Shown piece after piece: positions 42,340 through 52,337 of a DNA stretch of 64,000 nt (its first letter is position 1; each line of letters starts with the position of its first letter). The notes beneath the pieces were generated by a model. It ran no database searches. It saw only the letters and a list, made by a program, of their open reading frames with translations, and had not been told where the DNA came from. The DNA is taken from positions 485,999-549,998 of the forward strand of contig CAVTRY010000023.1 of assembly GCA_963737265.1 (NCBI GenBank), read 5' to 3'. The DNA is from an uncultured delta proteobacterium. Its GTDB lineage: Bacteria; Myxococcota_A; Polyangia; Fen-1088. The position numbers and the translations under genes are program-made.

Positions 42340-42528
42340 ATGACACTACTAGAGAATCCGCGGCTGCGAAAAGGGCCTGTCGCCACACCGCCTGGCGAGC
42401 ATGCCGAGGTTATTGCGCGGCAGACTCGCGTCGAACATCTGCGCCAGCTCGTCGCGCAGGGCGCCTACAAGGTCCACCCACAGCGGCTGGCCCTCAAGAT
42501 CCTAGTGAAGGCTTTGCGCAAACACTAG
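42340..42528 (+). CDS. flgM: FlgM-like anti-sigma-28 factor (short)
   Basis: RVEHLRQLVAQGAYKVHPQRLALKIL matches the FlgM C-terminal motif; directly follows fliA. Confidence 0.75.
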   Translation: MTLLENPRLRKGPVATPPGEHAEVIARQTRVEHLRQLVAQGAYKVHPQRLALKILVKALRKH

Positions 42529-42618
42529 CGGTAACCCGGGCCGAGCGCGCAGGATCGGCCTCGCCATTCCGTCCCGCGTTGCGGCTCCGCCGGGCCAAGT
42601 CCGGCTTCACCATAGCGA

Positions 42619-43842
42619 CTAGAAGCGAAGCGAAAGCTGACGCGGGCGCCGCGCCCCGTCCAACCACGTGCGTCCGCCCAGCGACGGCGACACGCGGCGC
42701 TCGTGCGCGACGATCGCCGACAAGGTGGCGGCCTCGCTCGCCGGCAATGCCCGTCCTTTTGCGGCGGCCTCGACCACACGGCACTGGTCATCCAGCCTGC
42801 GCAAGGCCGCAAGCTTGTCGTCCTGGCCAAGCTTTGCGCCGTCCACGGCACGGCGGAACACTCGCAGGGTTTCGTCGTAGATTTCGAGCGGCACCGGGAA
42901 GGGGTGCCCGTCCTTGCCTCCATGAGCGAAGGCGAAGCGCGCCGGATCGGCAAAACGGCTGGGCGCACCGTGCAGCACCTCCGCGACGAGAGCGAGCGCG
43001 AACAGCGTGCGCTGGCCGATGCGCGGGGTAAGCAGAAGCTCCGGAAAACTGGCGGGCCCGAGCCCCGCTGTCGCCTGCAAGGCCGCACCCAGCCTGCGCA
43101 GATCCAAGTTCTCGGCTCGCACATCGTGGTGGCTCGGCATGGCGAGCACGCGCTCGACCTGGGCCACGACCGCTTCGGGATTCGACGCCGCAAGTGCGAC
43201 CGTCCGCTCCCGCGCGGCGGCGGCCGCTCGATCCGTCAGGTTGACGATGGGCGCGCAACCAGGCTGGCCGTCAATGGCGGCGTGGGGCTCTTCGACGAAG
43301 GACCCAGCGCGATCCCATAGCCAGTGGTAACGCCGGGCTTGTCGCTTGTCAGCGTTCATCCCCTGTTGCACGACCGTCCACTGCCCGTCGTCGGTCACCA
43401 CGAAACCGTGCAAATAGAGTTCGAAGCCGTCTTGGACCGCAGCGCTGTCCACCTTGGCCACTAGCCGGCTCGCCCGCACCAGCCCCGGCGCATCCACCGA
43501 CACGCGCTCACCCAGGGCCAGCAACTCGTCCGGGGTGCGGCGCGAATGGCGGCCGCGACCACCGCACACGTGAATGCCAAGCTCCCATTCCACGGGCGCC
43601 AGGCCGCGCTTGAGCGCGCCCAGCACACTCGTCGTGATGCCGGACGAGTGCCAGTCCATGCCCATCACGCAGCCGAGCGACTGAAACCAGAATGGGTCCG
43701 CGAGCCGGCGCAGGACTTCAGTGCGCCCGTATTCCAGCACCAACGCTTCCACCATGACCCGGCCGAGACGCGCCATGCGCGAAGCCAGCCACATCGGGAC
43801 GCGCCCGCCGTGCAAAGGCAAGTCCGCTGTGCCCGTCTTCAT
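42619..43842 (-). CDS. DUF763 family protein
   Basis: ADLPLHGG, MGMDWHSSG, SAAVQDGF, AHGGKDGHPFPV. Confidence 0.9.
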   Translation of the reverse strand: MKTGTADLPLHGGRVPMWLASRMARLGRVMVEALVLEYGRTEVLRRLADPFWFQSLGCVMGMDWHSSGITTSVLGALKRGLAPVEWELGIHVCGGRGRHSRRTPDELLALGERVSVDAPGLVRASRLVAKVDSAAVQDGFELYLHGFVVTDDGQWTVVQQGMNADKRQARRYHWLWDRAGSFVEEPHAAIDGQPGCAPIVNLTDRAAAAARERTVALAASNPEAVVAQVERVLAMPSHHDVRAENLDLRRLGAALQATAGLGPASFPELLLTPRIGQRTLFALALVAEVLHGAPSRFADPARFAFAHGGKDGHPFPVPLEIYDETLRVFRRAVDGAKLGQDDKLAALRRLDDQCRVVEAAAKGRALPASEAATLSAIVAHERRVSPSLGGRTWLDGARRPRQLSLRF

Positions 43843-43902
43843 CGTCCCATCCGCTCCGCCAGCACCGGCACGGTCGTCGCGAGCTTGCCAGTCACGAACC
43901 GA

Positions 43903-44211
43903 CTACTCGCCGGAGAAACGCACGTAGGTGTGCTCTTCGCCGAGGGTGGCTTTGATCGCCTTGAGAATGGCCTCGCAGTGCGCCTTCACCTCGGGCTTGG
44001 CCGAACCGCGCAGGCGCTTTTCCAACTCTCCGACGACCAGCGGGATCTGGATCTGATTGAAAAGCGTGTCGCCAAACGGATCGACGAAGCGCAGGCATGG
44101 GGAGATTCCGTCTTCTCGATCGGGAAGCAGCTTCTCGGTCAGATTCGCGCCGTCGAGAACCTCGTCTTGAACTTCGCCTGATTCAGTTTCGACGCGGACA
44201 TCAATTCCCAT
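43903..44211 (-). CDS. Hypothetical protein
   Basis: GGAGG RBS; 102-aa high-GC3 ORF containing DPFGDTLFN. Confidence 0.7.
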   Translation of the reverse strand: MGIDVRVETESGEVQDEVLDGANLTEKLLPDREDGISPCLRFVDPFGDTLFNQIQIPLVVGELEKRLRGSAKPEVKAHCEAILKAIKATLGEEHTYVRFSGE

Positions 44212-44426
44212 GGTTCCTCCCGACCTGGATCGTTGGTTTGAATCGTACCTCTCACTATACGTTCGTTCAGCAAGCCTCGCAAGGCTGCGTGACGTGCGAC
44301 GTGGCGTTGTCGCCACAGTTGGAGTCAGCCGGAAATTGCCTGCCACGAAGACACGAGCTAAGCGTGCGAGAATAGTGCACTTGCGGCGTCCACTGCGGCG
44401 GCACGAAAACTGCTAGCGTCGCATGC

Positions 44427-45677
44427 ATGTTTTGCCATCCATTGCCCGTCTCGCTGCCGGAGATTACTCGACGACGACGCAACCCCGGCGTCGCCCTGAC
44501 CGTCTTCGCCGCGTTCCTCTCCTACGCGTGCGGCGGGTGTCTGTCGAACGAGTACGTCATTCCTCGCACCGAGCTTGCCCGTTTGGCGCAACTTCCCCCC
44601 GAACAGCGCGGGCAGCACATGAACGTCGTACAAGAACTGGGCGACCGCAGAAGCGAAGCCATCGATACCAGCGCGCCGACGCAGACCGCGCCGTATGCCG
44701 AGAGCTATCCCGGCGACGCCTACGGTCCGCCGCCCGCGGGCTACGTCGAGGACGGCCCGCAGGTGGAGGCAGGTGTGGGCATCGTGATCATTCCCGGTCC
44801 ACCGATTCCCACGGGCAGGGGCTATGCCGGCAGGCCGATGCCGGGACCGCGTGGACCGGTCGGCACCGTGACTGGCCGGGTGCCACCGACGCCGCCGCGC
44901 AGGCCGGGCGGTTCGAATGCAGGCGGCATGGGCAATATCGGCGGCAAGGGTGGCGGTGGCGGAAACGGCAAAGATCTCGCGGTGTTCTTGGTGGTCATGG
45001 CAGTGCTAGCGACCGTCGGCCTGGTTGCCACCGAGGGCGTGCGCTACGACGGCGGCGTGGCGATGTATCCCTGGCAGTCCATGCACCTCAAGGGTGCGGA
45101 CGGGCAGGAACGGGAGGTGCCGCTGGCCCAGATTTCTCCACTCGATGTGGCGGCGACGACCAAGGCGGTTGTGATGGACGATGAGGGCTGGGGCCTCATG
45201 CGTCTTGAACGCCGCGCTCTCGATCGCCGGGGATTTGCCTTCAAGATGGATCTCGGGTCGATGGTTTCGTCGTGCTCGTGCCTTTCCGCCGATGGCGTGG
45301 CCGCGACCATTCAACTCGGCTACTTTCCCCATCATCGCCTGGGCTTGCTCGCCGGTTGGTCGCCAGCGGGCGGCTCTGATTCGGACGGCAAGTCCTTCTA
45401 TCGTCACAACCTCGCCTTCGAAGCGCAGCTTTTCCCGCTCGATCTTTGGCGGCTGCATCTCGGTGGCTTCGGGCACGCGGGTGTACAGTACGCATCGGAC
45501 GCCAGCGGAGGCTCGCGCAACGGAGCGGCCTTCGGCGGCGGGCTCATTCTCGAGCTGTCGCTCACCGCGCGCCTGGCGCTCACGGCCCGCGCGGACTACA
45601 CCGCTGCCCGAATCGACCCCGCCGGCCAAAGCTGGGCCGGTGCCGCGATATTCACCGCTGGCGTCGCAGTGTACTAG
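44427..45677 (+). CDS. Hypothetical lipoprotein with C-terminal beta-barrel-like domain
   Basis: Signal with GGC lipobox, Pro/Gly-rich linker, amphipathic strands ending in Y. Confidence 0.65.
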   Translation: MFCHPLPVSLPEITRRRRNPGVALTVFAAFLSYACGGCLSNEYVIPRTELARLAQLPPEQRGQHMNVVQELGDRRSEAIDTSAPTQTAPYAESYPGDAYGPPPAGYVEDGPQVEAGVGIVIIPGPPIPTGRGYAGRPMPGPRGPVGTVTGRVPPTPPRRPGGSNAGGMGNIGGKGGGGGNGKDLAVFLVVMAVLATVGLVATEGVRYDGGVAMYPWQSMHLKGADGQEREVPLAQISPLDVAATTKAVVMDDEGWGLMRLERRALDRRGFAFKMDLGSMVSSCSCLSADGVAATIQLGYFPHHRLGLLAGWSPAGGSDSDGKSFYRHNLAFEAQLFPLDLWRLHLGGFGHAGVQYASDASGGSRNGAAFGGGLILELSLTARLALTARADYTAARIDPAGQSWAGAAIFTAGVAVY

Positions 45678-45714
45678 CCGCGCACTGCTGGCAACCCGCT
45701 ACCGCTCGTAAAGC

Positions 45715-45846
45715 TCAGGGATCGAGGCCCCACAGCTCGTCTGGGCGAATCGATGCGCCGACCTTGGGCCAGCCGCTATTCTGCTCGGCCGTGAAGATCC
45801 GGCCCTTGAAGAGTCTGGCCCGCAGAAACTGCATCAGGTTGCGCAT
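45715..45846 (-). CDS. Candidate small protein (43 aa)
   Basis: GGGAG RBS before ATG; MRNLMQFLRARLFKG... Confidence 0.3.
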   Translation of the reverse strand: MRNLMQFLRARLFKGRIFTAEQNSGWPKVGASIRPDELWGLDP

Positions 45847-45930
45847 CGTCGCTCCCTGTGATCGCACGGACATTGGCCCGACTGCAAGGGCACGGGCAGA
45901 TAGGGCACATAGTGCCCGCTCACAGGTAGT

Positions 45931-47279
45931 CTCAAGCGTCGCCGCGATGTCGCGCCCGCAGCGCTTCTGGTAGCGTGCATTTCGGCCCTGGGCGCGGGCG
46001 CCGCCATGTGGCTTGCCGACATCCTGCGCGCGTTCAACGCCTTTACCGGGAAAGCCGTTCGCTACAAGCCGTTCCACAACCAGATCACCAAGCCGAAGTT
46101 TCCCGACTTCGTACGCGCGATTCTGGAGGAGTTGCTGGCAAAGCTCACCGCGCCCGTGCTCGAGGGGTTACCGAAGAGCAAGCTGGCCCAGTTCGAGGAA
46201 ATTGTGGCCCACGACGGAACCTCGTTTGCCCTCAAGAACACCCTCGCGAAGAAGTGGCCGGGGCGCTTCAAGAAGCTGACACCGGCTGCAGTAGAACTCC
46301 ACGTCACGATGAGTGTCCTCAGCGACAACCCGGTCGCGATTACCTTGGCTCCGGACAGGGAGGCTGAAGAACTGTCCAAAAATTGGACAGTTCTTCAGCA
46401 GCCGAGCCAAGGGCTCGGCCGCAGGTGGGGTGAAGTCCGCGAATTTACTTCGCGGACGAGGGGAGGGCAGCGGCCCTCCCTTCAAAAATCTTCAAGACGG
46501 GTCCATTTATGGACACGTCTTGAGCGCCCGTTCTCTCCCAAGGCGGCTTCTCTCAAGAACCACCTGCTGCTTGAGGACCGTGGATACCAGGAGCGAGAGT
46601 TCTTCGTCGCCGTACAAGACGCCGACGGTTCCTTCATAGTCCGTGGCACAAAGAGCATCCGGCCGACCATCCGGACCGCTCGCGATAGCCAGGGCAGACG
46701 TCTCCGTCACCTCGAAGGAAGGCGCCTCTCGTGGTCCCTGCTTCCCCGTCATGACGTCGACCTCGACATCGATTGGAAGCGCGACTCGGGCAAGCCCTAC
46801 AGCGGTCGTCTCGTCGTCATCTATGCCGAAGGAAAGCAAAACAAGGCGGCCTTTGTCTACCTACACACGAACTTGCCCCGTGAGACTTTCTCCGCGCACG
46901 ACGTGGGGCAGATTTACAGGCTAAGGTGGCAAGTCGAGCTGCTGCTCAAAGAATGGAAATCCCACTCAAACCTCCACAAATTCGCCACCGGCAAGGCCCC
47001 CATCGCCGAGGGCTTGATCTGGGCCAGCCTCCTCGCAGCTACGCTCAGGCGCTGCATCACCCACGCGGCCGAGCGTGGTGCGGCATCCCGCTGTCCACAC
47101 AGCGCGCAGCCCGTTCCGCCAAGCACTTCCTCGACGCAATCCTGGCTGCCGTCCTTGAATGCAGCACGAGCCTCTTCGACGACATACGCGCCGCCTTCGC
47201 TTTCCTCGTTGGCAACGCGCTTCGGGCACATCCGAAGCGCGACCGAAAAACCGGACGCCTCGCCGCGGGACTTCGCCAT
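45931..47279 (+). pseudogene. IS4-family transposase pseudogene (5'-truncated, MITE insertion, frameshift near 47078, 3' end interrupted by ISKra4)
   Basis: HDGTSFAL, AAVELH, DRGY, YRLRWQVELLLKEWK (YREK) motifs. Confidence 0.85.
46365..46523. mobile_element. 153-bp MITE with TGA target duplication
   Basis: Removal restores GAG GCT GAG CGC (EAER); imperfect TIRs AGAACTGTCCAAAAAT / AGACGTGTCCATAAAT. Confidence 0.75.
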
Positions 47280-49061
47280 GGGTGGGTTGCACGGGCCCGG
47301 GTTCTGGTGGCGGCTGAAGGGCCCGTTTTCCGAGCGCGCTACGGGACGTTGATTCGAGGGCGAGTTGGTGGGTGGCGCGCTCGGAAAACGGGCCCTGGCG
47401 TGGTTCCCAAAATGGAAGGAATTTGCGTAGGAAGGAGATTCATGGCGATGCCTTCAGCTATCCAAGAAGGAGGCACCGCCATGAGACGACCCAATGTCGC
47501 AGGATTGACTTTGCAGGCTCTGGAACCGCTCGTCCAGAAATTGAACGAGCTCGAACAACAAGCGCTGCGCGGCGATGGCATGTCCGTGGCGACGCTGGGG
47601 GCTGCGCTGGCGACGACGTTGTCGACTGTGGGCCGAAGAGCCATGGAACTGGTCATCCAACAGGCCGCGCGGGCTCATGGACCTGGACAAGTCTGCACCT
47701 GTGGAAAGCAAGCCAAATCCAGAGGATTTGAGAGAACGACGTTCGTGGCGAGATTCGGTCGGGTGGAAGCCGATCGTCGACGCAACGAGTGTGTTTGCGG
47801 CCGCAGCTGGTTTGCCTTTGACGAGGCTTGGGGCCTTCCTGCGGGCGAATACGCCGACGATGTGCGCGAGGCGACCGAAAGGCTGGCCTGCCGGATGGGC
47901 AGCTTCGACGAGGCCGTCGAGGAACTCCGTTACCTGTGGGCCGTGGCTCCCGACGGGAGCACCGCCAAGCGATGGGTGACCGAAGATGGAACGCGTGCCG
48001 CCCAGGCCGCCCAGGCCGATGCCGAAGCCCATTGGAGCAAGTACGACCAACAGGTGCACGCCCAGGCTCGCGGTGACCTGTGTGCGCCCAAGCGTACAGA
48101 GGGCTTCGGCGTGATCGAGGTTGACGGTGTTCACGTCCTGACCTGGAAACCAGGACAAGAGCCACGGCGCAAAGCGACCGACGAGGCGAAGGCGCCGTCT
48201 GCGGTCCCGAACGCCACACAGTCGGCAGCGGTCAGCGAGACCGGCGAACGTGCCCTTCGCCATCAGGCGCCGAGTACCCTGTCCGAGGTCGCTGGCTCGC
48301 CCATGGGGCCCACCGGGCGCTCACCACGGGTCGCCGGCCGCGAGGTGTGCATGGGACTGACCTACCTCGGGGAACACGCCTGCGAGGAGAGCCCCGGCCG
48401 AGGCGTCTTGCTGGACCGGCGCTACGTCGCAACACTCAACGACCGAGACGGCTTTTGGCACAAGCTGCACGCCGCCGCCACGACCCAGGGCGTGCTGTCT
48501 CGCCAGAAGGTAGTCCGTGTCTCCGACGGTGGCGCTTACTTCATCGAGCACAGCGACGAGATCTTCTGCGACCAGCCGTTGCTTGGCATCCTCGACTGCC
48601 AGCACGCCAAGCAGCATGTCTGGGAGGCAGGTCACAAGGTCGTGCCGGACAAGAAAGCAGTGCCATCTTGGGTCTTGCCACGTACCGAGGCCATCATGGA
48701 CGGCAAGGTCGACCAGGTGCTCTCGGGCCTCGCCCAAGAGCGGCAGCGTTCCACCGGCAGCCAAGCGGTCAAAGCCCTCGACGACTTGACCGGCTACCTG
48801 AGCCGCCACAAGCACATGATGGACTACCCCGCATACCACGCTGCCGGCTATCCGCTGGCCAGTGCCGCCATCGAAAGCACCAACAAGCGCCTCGTCGGCC
48901 GGCGCTGCAAGCAAGGCGGCATGCTCTGGAGCGAGGTCGGCCTTGAAGCCATGGTCGCGCTCAGGGTTGCCTTCTACAACCCGGGGGCCTGGCTCGCCCT
49001 CTGGCCTCACACCCAAGCCCAGGCCGCCCAGTCATGAAACCCGGACCCGTGCAACCCACCC
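47280..49061 (+). mobile_element. ISKra4-family insertion sequence
   Basis: 24-bp TIRs GGGTGGGTTGCACGGG(C/T)CCGGGTT with one mismatch bracket the transposase. Confidence 0.85.
47481..49037 (+). CDS. ISKra4-family DDE transposase
   Basis: AGGAGG RBS; CxC zinc motifs, VDG, SDGG, LDCQHA, SAAIESTNK...RCKQGGMLWS. Confidence 0.85.
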   Translation: MRRPNVAGLTLQALEPLVQKLNELEQQALRGDGMSVATLGAALATTLSTVGRRAMELVIQQAARAHGPGQVCTCGKQAKSRGFERTTFVARFGRVEADRRRNECVCGRSWFAFDEAWGLPAGEYADDVREATERLACRMGSFDEAVEELRYLWAVAPDGSTAKRWVTEDGTRAAQAAQADAEAHWSKYDQQVHAQARGDLCAPKRTEGFGVIEVDGVHVLTWKPGQEPRRKATDEAKAPSAVPNATQSAAVSETGERALRHQAPSTLSEVAGSPMGPTGRSPRVAGREVCMGLTYLGEHACEESPGRGVLLDRRYVATLNDRDGFWHKLHAAATTQGVLSRQKVVRVSDGGAYFIEHSDEIFCDQPLLGILDCQHAKQHVWEAGHKVVPDKKAVPSWVLPRTEAIMDGKVDQVLSGLAQERQRSTGSQAVKALDDLTGYLSRHKHMMDYPAYHAAGYPLASAAIESTNKRLVGRRCKQGGMLWSEVGLEAMVALRVAFYNPGAWLALWPHTQAQAAQS

Positions 49062-49129
49062 GATTGCGACTTGGCCCTTGACAATTCGCCCAAATACTAC
49101 TCTTCTATTGCTTTCCGTGGAGCCTAAGA

Positions 49130-49852
49130 ATGCTTTGTGAGACCAACTCCCTTTCTTCCGGCGGATCCCCCGCCAGAAATTTCGCAGCCGTCGCGAAGGG
49201 TAGGCCGTGCGCCGCGCCGTCGCCTTCCGTAGTCGAGCCATTTAGGTTCAAGGCCTCCGTCCGAAAGCCCCCGACCGACGCTGTTCTGGTCGCGCGTGCG
49301 CGCACAGGCGACGCAGCGGCGATGAGGGAGTTGCTGGGGCGCTATGAGGGAAGGCTATTTAGCCTGGCCATGCGCATCGTGCAAAATGAACACGACGCAC
49401 AGGAAGTGCTGCAGGATGTTTCCTTTGCCGTTTGGCAGAAGCTGCCGCATTTCGAGGGCCGCTCGCAGATCAGCACCTGGCTCCATCGGGTCACCGTCAA
49501 CGCGGCCCTGATGCATCTCCGCTCGCGCCGCCGCAATCTGCGAATTCTGACGGCGGCTGGCGATGTAACGAGAGACCGTTGTTCGGATGGATTCGACGGA
49601 TTCGAGTCGCTGCGCGCGGCTTCGCCCACCCCTGAAGATCACCTCCAATTCGTCGATCTCCGTGGTGAGATTCGAAAGGCGGTCTCGGGGCTGCCCCAGG
49701 AGCTTCGTGCCGTGCTCTTGGCCCGACTTGTCGAGGGCAGAAACACGCGGCAAACCGCGAACTCGCTCGGGCTTTCGACCATCGCGGTGAAGATGCGGTT
49801 GCACCGCGCCCGCACCGTACTGCGCGAAACCATCGAAAGCCATAGCTGTTGA
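49130..49852 (+). CDS. ECF sigma-70 factor (start uncertain)
   Basis: DAQEVLQD, STWLHRVTVN, VKMRLHRAR. Confidence 0.85.
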   Translation: MLCETNSLSSGGSPARNFAAVAKGRPCAAPSPSVVEPFRFKASVRKPPTDAVLVARARTGDAAAMRELLGRYEGRLFSLAMRIVQNEHDAQEVLQDVSFAVWQKLPHFEGRSQISTWLHRVTVNAALMHLRSRRRNLRILTAAGDVTRDRCSDGFDGFESLRAASPTPEDHLQFVDLRGEIRKAVSGLPQELRAVLLARLVEGRNTRQTANSLGLSTIAVKMRLHRARTVLRETIESHSC

Positions 49853-49889
49853 TTGGGGTGCCTTCTGGAAGGCGGTATGATGGGAGAGC

Positions 49890-51698
49890 GTGGCCCATCT
49901 ACCCTCCGCCGGTGAAAGTTTGTCGTTGCTGGACCCACCGGAGTTGACTTTGCCACCACGGTCTCCTTCATCGTTGCCCACCCTGCGCTCCGATCTGCTG
50001 CTGCTGCACGCACCGGCCTTTTTCGATTTTCGTCAGCGCAGAGACATCTACTTTCCCTATCTTGGAACTTCCGGCGACGTTCCCATCACGCCGCTTTACG
50101 AGTACTTTCCCGTGGGCTTTAGGACCCTACAGCGTTTTTTGCGGGAGCGCGGACACGAGGTGCGACTGCTCAATCTCTCCTCTCTGCTCTTGCGCTATCC
50201 AGCCCTGGCGATCGATGACATCGTGGCCGCCCTCGACGTGGATCTGGTTGGCATCGACCTTCACTGGATGATTCACGTTCAGGGCGTGCTGGAGGTGGCG
50301 AGCATCATCAAACGCATCCGCCCCGACCTGCCCGTCATTCTCGGCGGCATCTCGTCCACCTACTATGCGCGGGAGCTTGTCCAGTATCCCTTCATCGACA
50401 TGGTCATGCGCGGCTACGACACGCACCAACCCATGCACGCGCTCCTGGCGTGCCTCAAGCAAGGACAAGACCCGATCGGAGTTGCCAACCTATTGTGGAA
50501 GAGACCGGATGGCGGCGTGGTGGACAATGGGTTCAGCCACAAACCCGCCAGCTTTAGCTGCGGAATCGACTGGTCCACAACCCCGCGTGAAAGCCCGACG
50601 GGAACCTTGCCCATCCTCGAGTTCCTGTCGACCCAGCATGCCGGCTGCTCCTTTCATTGCGGCTGGTGCGGCGGCTCGCGTGAGGCGTTCAAGCGCGTAT
50701 TCGGCCCTGACGTTCCCGAGACCGTGATCCGCAAGTCCGAGCCGGAGATGGCCTACGAGTTCGCGTCCCTTCGCGGCGTCGCCAATCACGAGCGGTATCA
50801 CTTCTACGCGATTGGTTCCTACGCCGAGACGTCCCCCAGACTGGATTTCTTCATCGACCAAGTGGCGAGCGCGGGCCTTAAGTCGGTGAGCTACGAGCAG
50901 TACCACCTCACTTCCGACGACGTCTTGAAGCGGATGGCGGCGGCCAACCCGCGCACGAGCATCACCCTTTCCCCCGAGTCCAGCAACCCCCGCATCGGGC
51001 ATCTTGCCGGGCGCGGCGCATACACCATGGAGGAGATGGAGGCATGGATCGACCGCGCCCTATCGTTTGGGATCAGTCAGGTCGACCTGTGGTTTTTCGT
51101 CGGCATGCCTGAACAGGACGAGGATGCGGTCAAGGCCGACGTGGCCTACTGCGCGCACCTCCTCGACAGGTTCTCGGGCAAGCGTGTCGCGCCCTTCATC
51201 TGCCCCATGATTCCCTTCCTCGATCCTGGCTCGACCTTCTTCACGCATCCAGAGGAACACGGCTATCGAGTGTTCTTCCGCACGGCGGAGGAGCATCGGC
51301 AAGGAATGCGACGAGCGTCGATTATCAATCGGACCAACTACGAGACCCGCTGGTTGCGCCGAGCCGACCTGGTCCGGGTTGGCTACGAGGCGGTTTCGGA
51401 GGTCATGCAACTGCGAGGGCAAACCCGCCAACTACCGTTCGGCGTGGTTTCCGGCGTGCGCAACGCGATCGCCGATGCGCTGAAGTTCATCGAGGTCGTG
51501 CACCAGGCCGATAGTATCGACAACAGCGGCGAACGAACCCGCGCGCTGGAAGCCCTAGGCGACGAGATCGCCGCGCGCAACCACGCCATCTTCTTTCAGG
51601 GCGTCGCCAATCAGGCCTTCCCCATCAACCGTCAAATCAGGGGTCGCTGGTTCGACGAACTGGGCTGGCCGGCCAGCGACCTCGACGCCTGTTGCTAG
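49890..51698 (+). CDS. B12-binding domain / radical SAM protein (TIGR04190-like)
   Basis: DLLLLHAP, GIDLHW, GGISSTYY, CxxxCxxC (GCSFHCGWC), SPES, FLDPGS. Confidence 0.85.
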   Translation: MAHLPSAGESLSLLDPPELTLPPRSPSSLPTLRSDLLLLHAPAFFDFRQRRDIYFPYLGTSGDVPITPLYEYFPVGFRTLQRFLRERGHEVRLLNLSSLLLRYPALAIDDIVAALDVDLVGIDLHWMIHVQGVLEVASIIKRIRPDLPVILGGISSTYYARELVQYPFIDMVMRGYDTHQPMHALLACLKQGQDPIGVANLLWKRPDGGVVDNGFSHKPASFSCGIDWSTTPRESPTGTLPILEFLSTQHAGCSFHCGWCGGSREAFKRVFGPDVPETVIRKSEPEMAYEFASLRGVANHERYHFYAIGSYAETSPRLDFFIDQVASAGLKSVSYEQYHLTSDDVLKRMAAANPRTSITLSPESSNPRIGHLAGRGAYTMEEMEAWIDRALSFGISQVDLWFFVGMPEQDEDAVKADVAYCAHLLDRFSGKRVAPFICPMIPFLDPGSTFFTHPEEHGYRVFFRTAEEHRQGMRRASIINRTNYETRWLRRADLVRVGYEAVSEVMQLRGQTRQLPFGVVSGVRNAIADALKFIEVVHQADSIDNSGERTRALEALGDEIAARNHAIFFQGVANQAFPINRQIRGRWFDELGWPASDLDACC

Positions 51699-51718
51699 CA
51701 GCAATCCGTCGCGCCGCG

Positions 51719-52337
51719 GGAACCCTCCGAGGGTATCCATCTCGAACGCGTAGGTGAAGCCGGGCTTGGCCCGGCGGAGCCAGAGCGCGGGAAGGTTTGG
51801 AAACCCTCCGAGGGTATCCATCTCGATCGCGTAGGCGAAGCCGGGTTGGCCCGGCGGAGCCAGAGCGCGGGAAGGTTTGGAAACCCTCCGAGGGTATCCA
51901 TCTCGATCGCGTAGGCGAAGCCGGGTTGGCCCGGCGGAGCCAGAGCGCGGGAAGGTTTGGAAACCCTCGGGACCTGCCACACACCCTTCCCACCCCTCGG
52001 GCTTCGCCCTCGCCCTCGCAGGGTATCCATCTCGAACGCGTAGGCGCAGCCGGGCTTAGCCCGGCGGAGCCAGAGCGCGGGAAGGTTTGGAAACCCTCGG
52101 GACCTGCCACGCACCCTTCCCACCCCTCGGGCTTCGCCCTCGCCCTCGCAGGGTATCCATCTCGAACGCGTAGGCGCAGCCGGGCTTAGCCCGGCGGAGC
52201 CAGAGCGCGGGAAGGTTTGGAAACCCTCGGGACCTGCCACACACCCTTCCCACCCCTCGGTCTTTGCCCTCGCCCTCGCAGGGTATCCATCTCGAACGCG
52301 TAGGCGCAGCCGGGCTTAGCCCGGCGGAGCCAGAGCC
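51719..52337. repeat. REP/BIME-like tandem array: three ~80-bp units plus three 130-bp units with a nested 50-bp insert
   Basis: AAACCCTC recurs at 51801, 51881, 51961, 52091, 52221; units hold ACCCTC/GAGGGT and GCCGGG/CCCGGC stems and a GTAG. Confidence 0.9.

Noticed and set aside
46926-49037. 703-aa transposase
   Set aside because: Read-through of the IS4 tail across the ISKra4 TIR; the real start is 47481 with an AGGAGG RBS
51719-52337. CRISPR array
   Set aside because: Units are 80/130 bp with near-identical intervening sequence; no unique spacers and no cas genes
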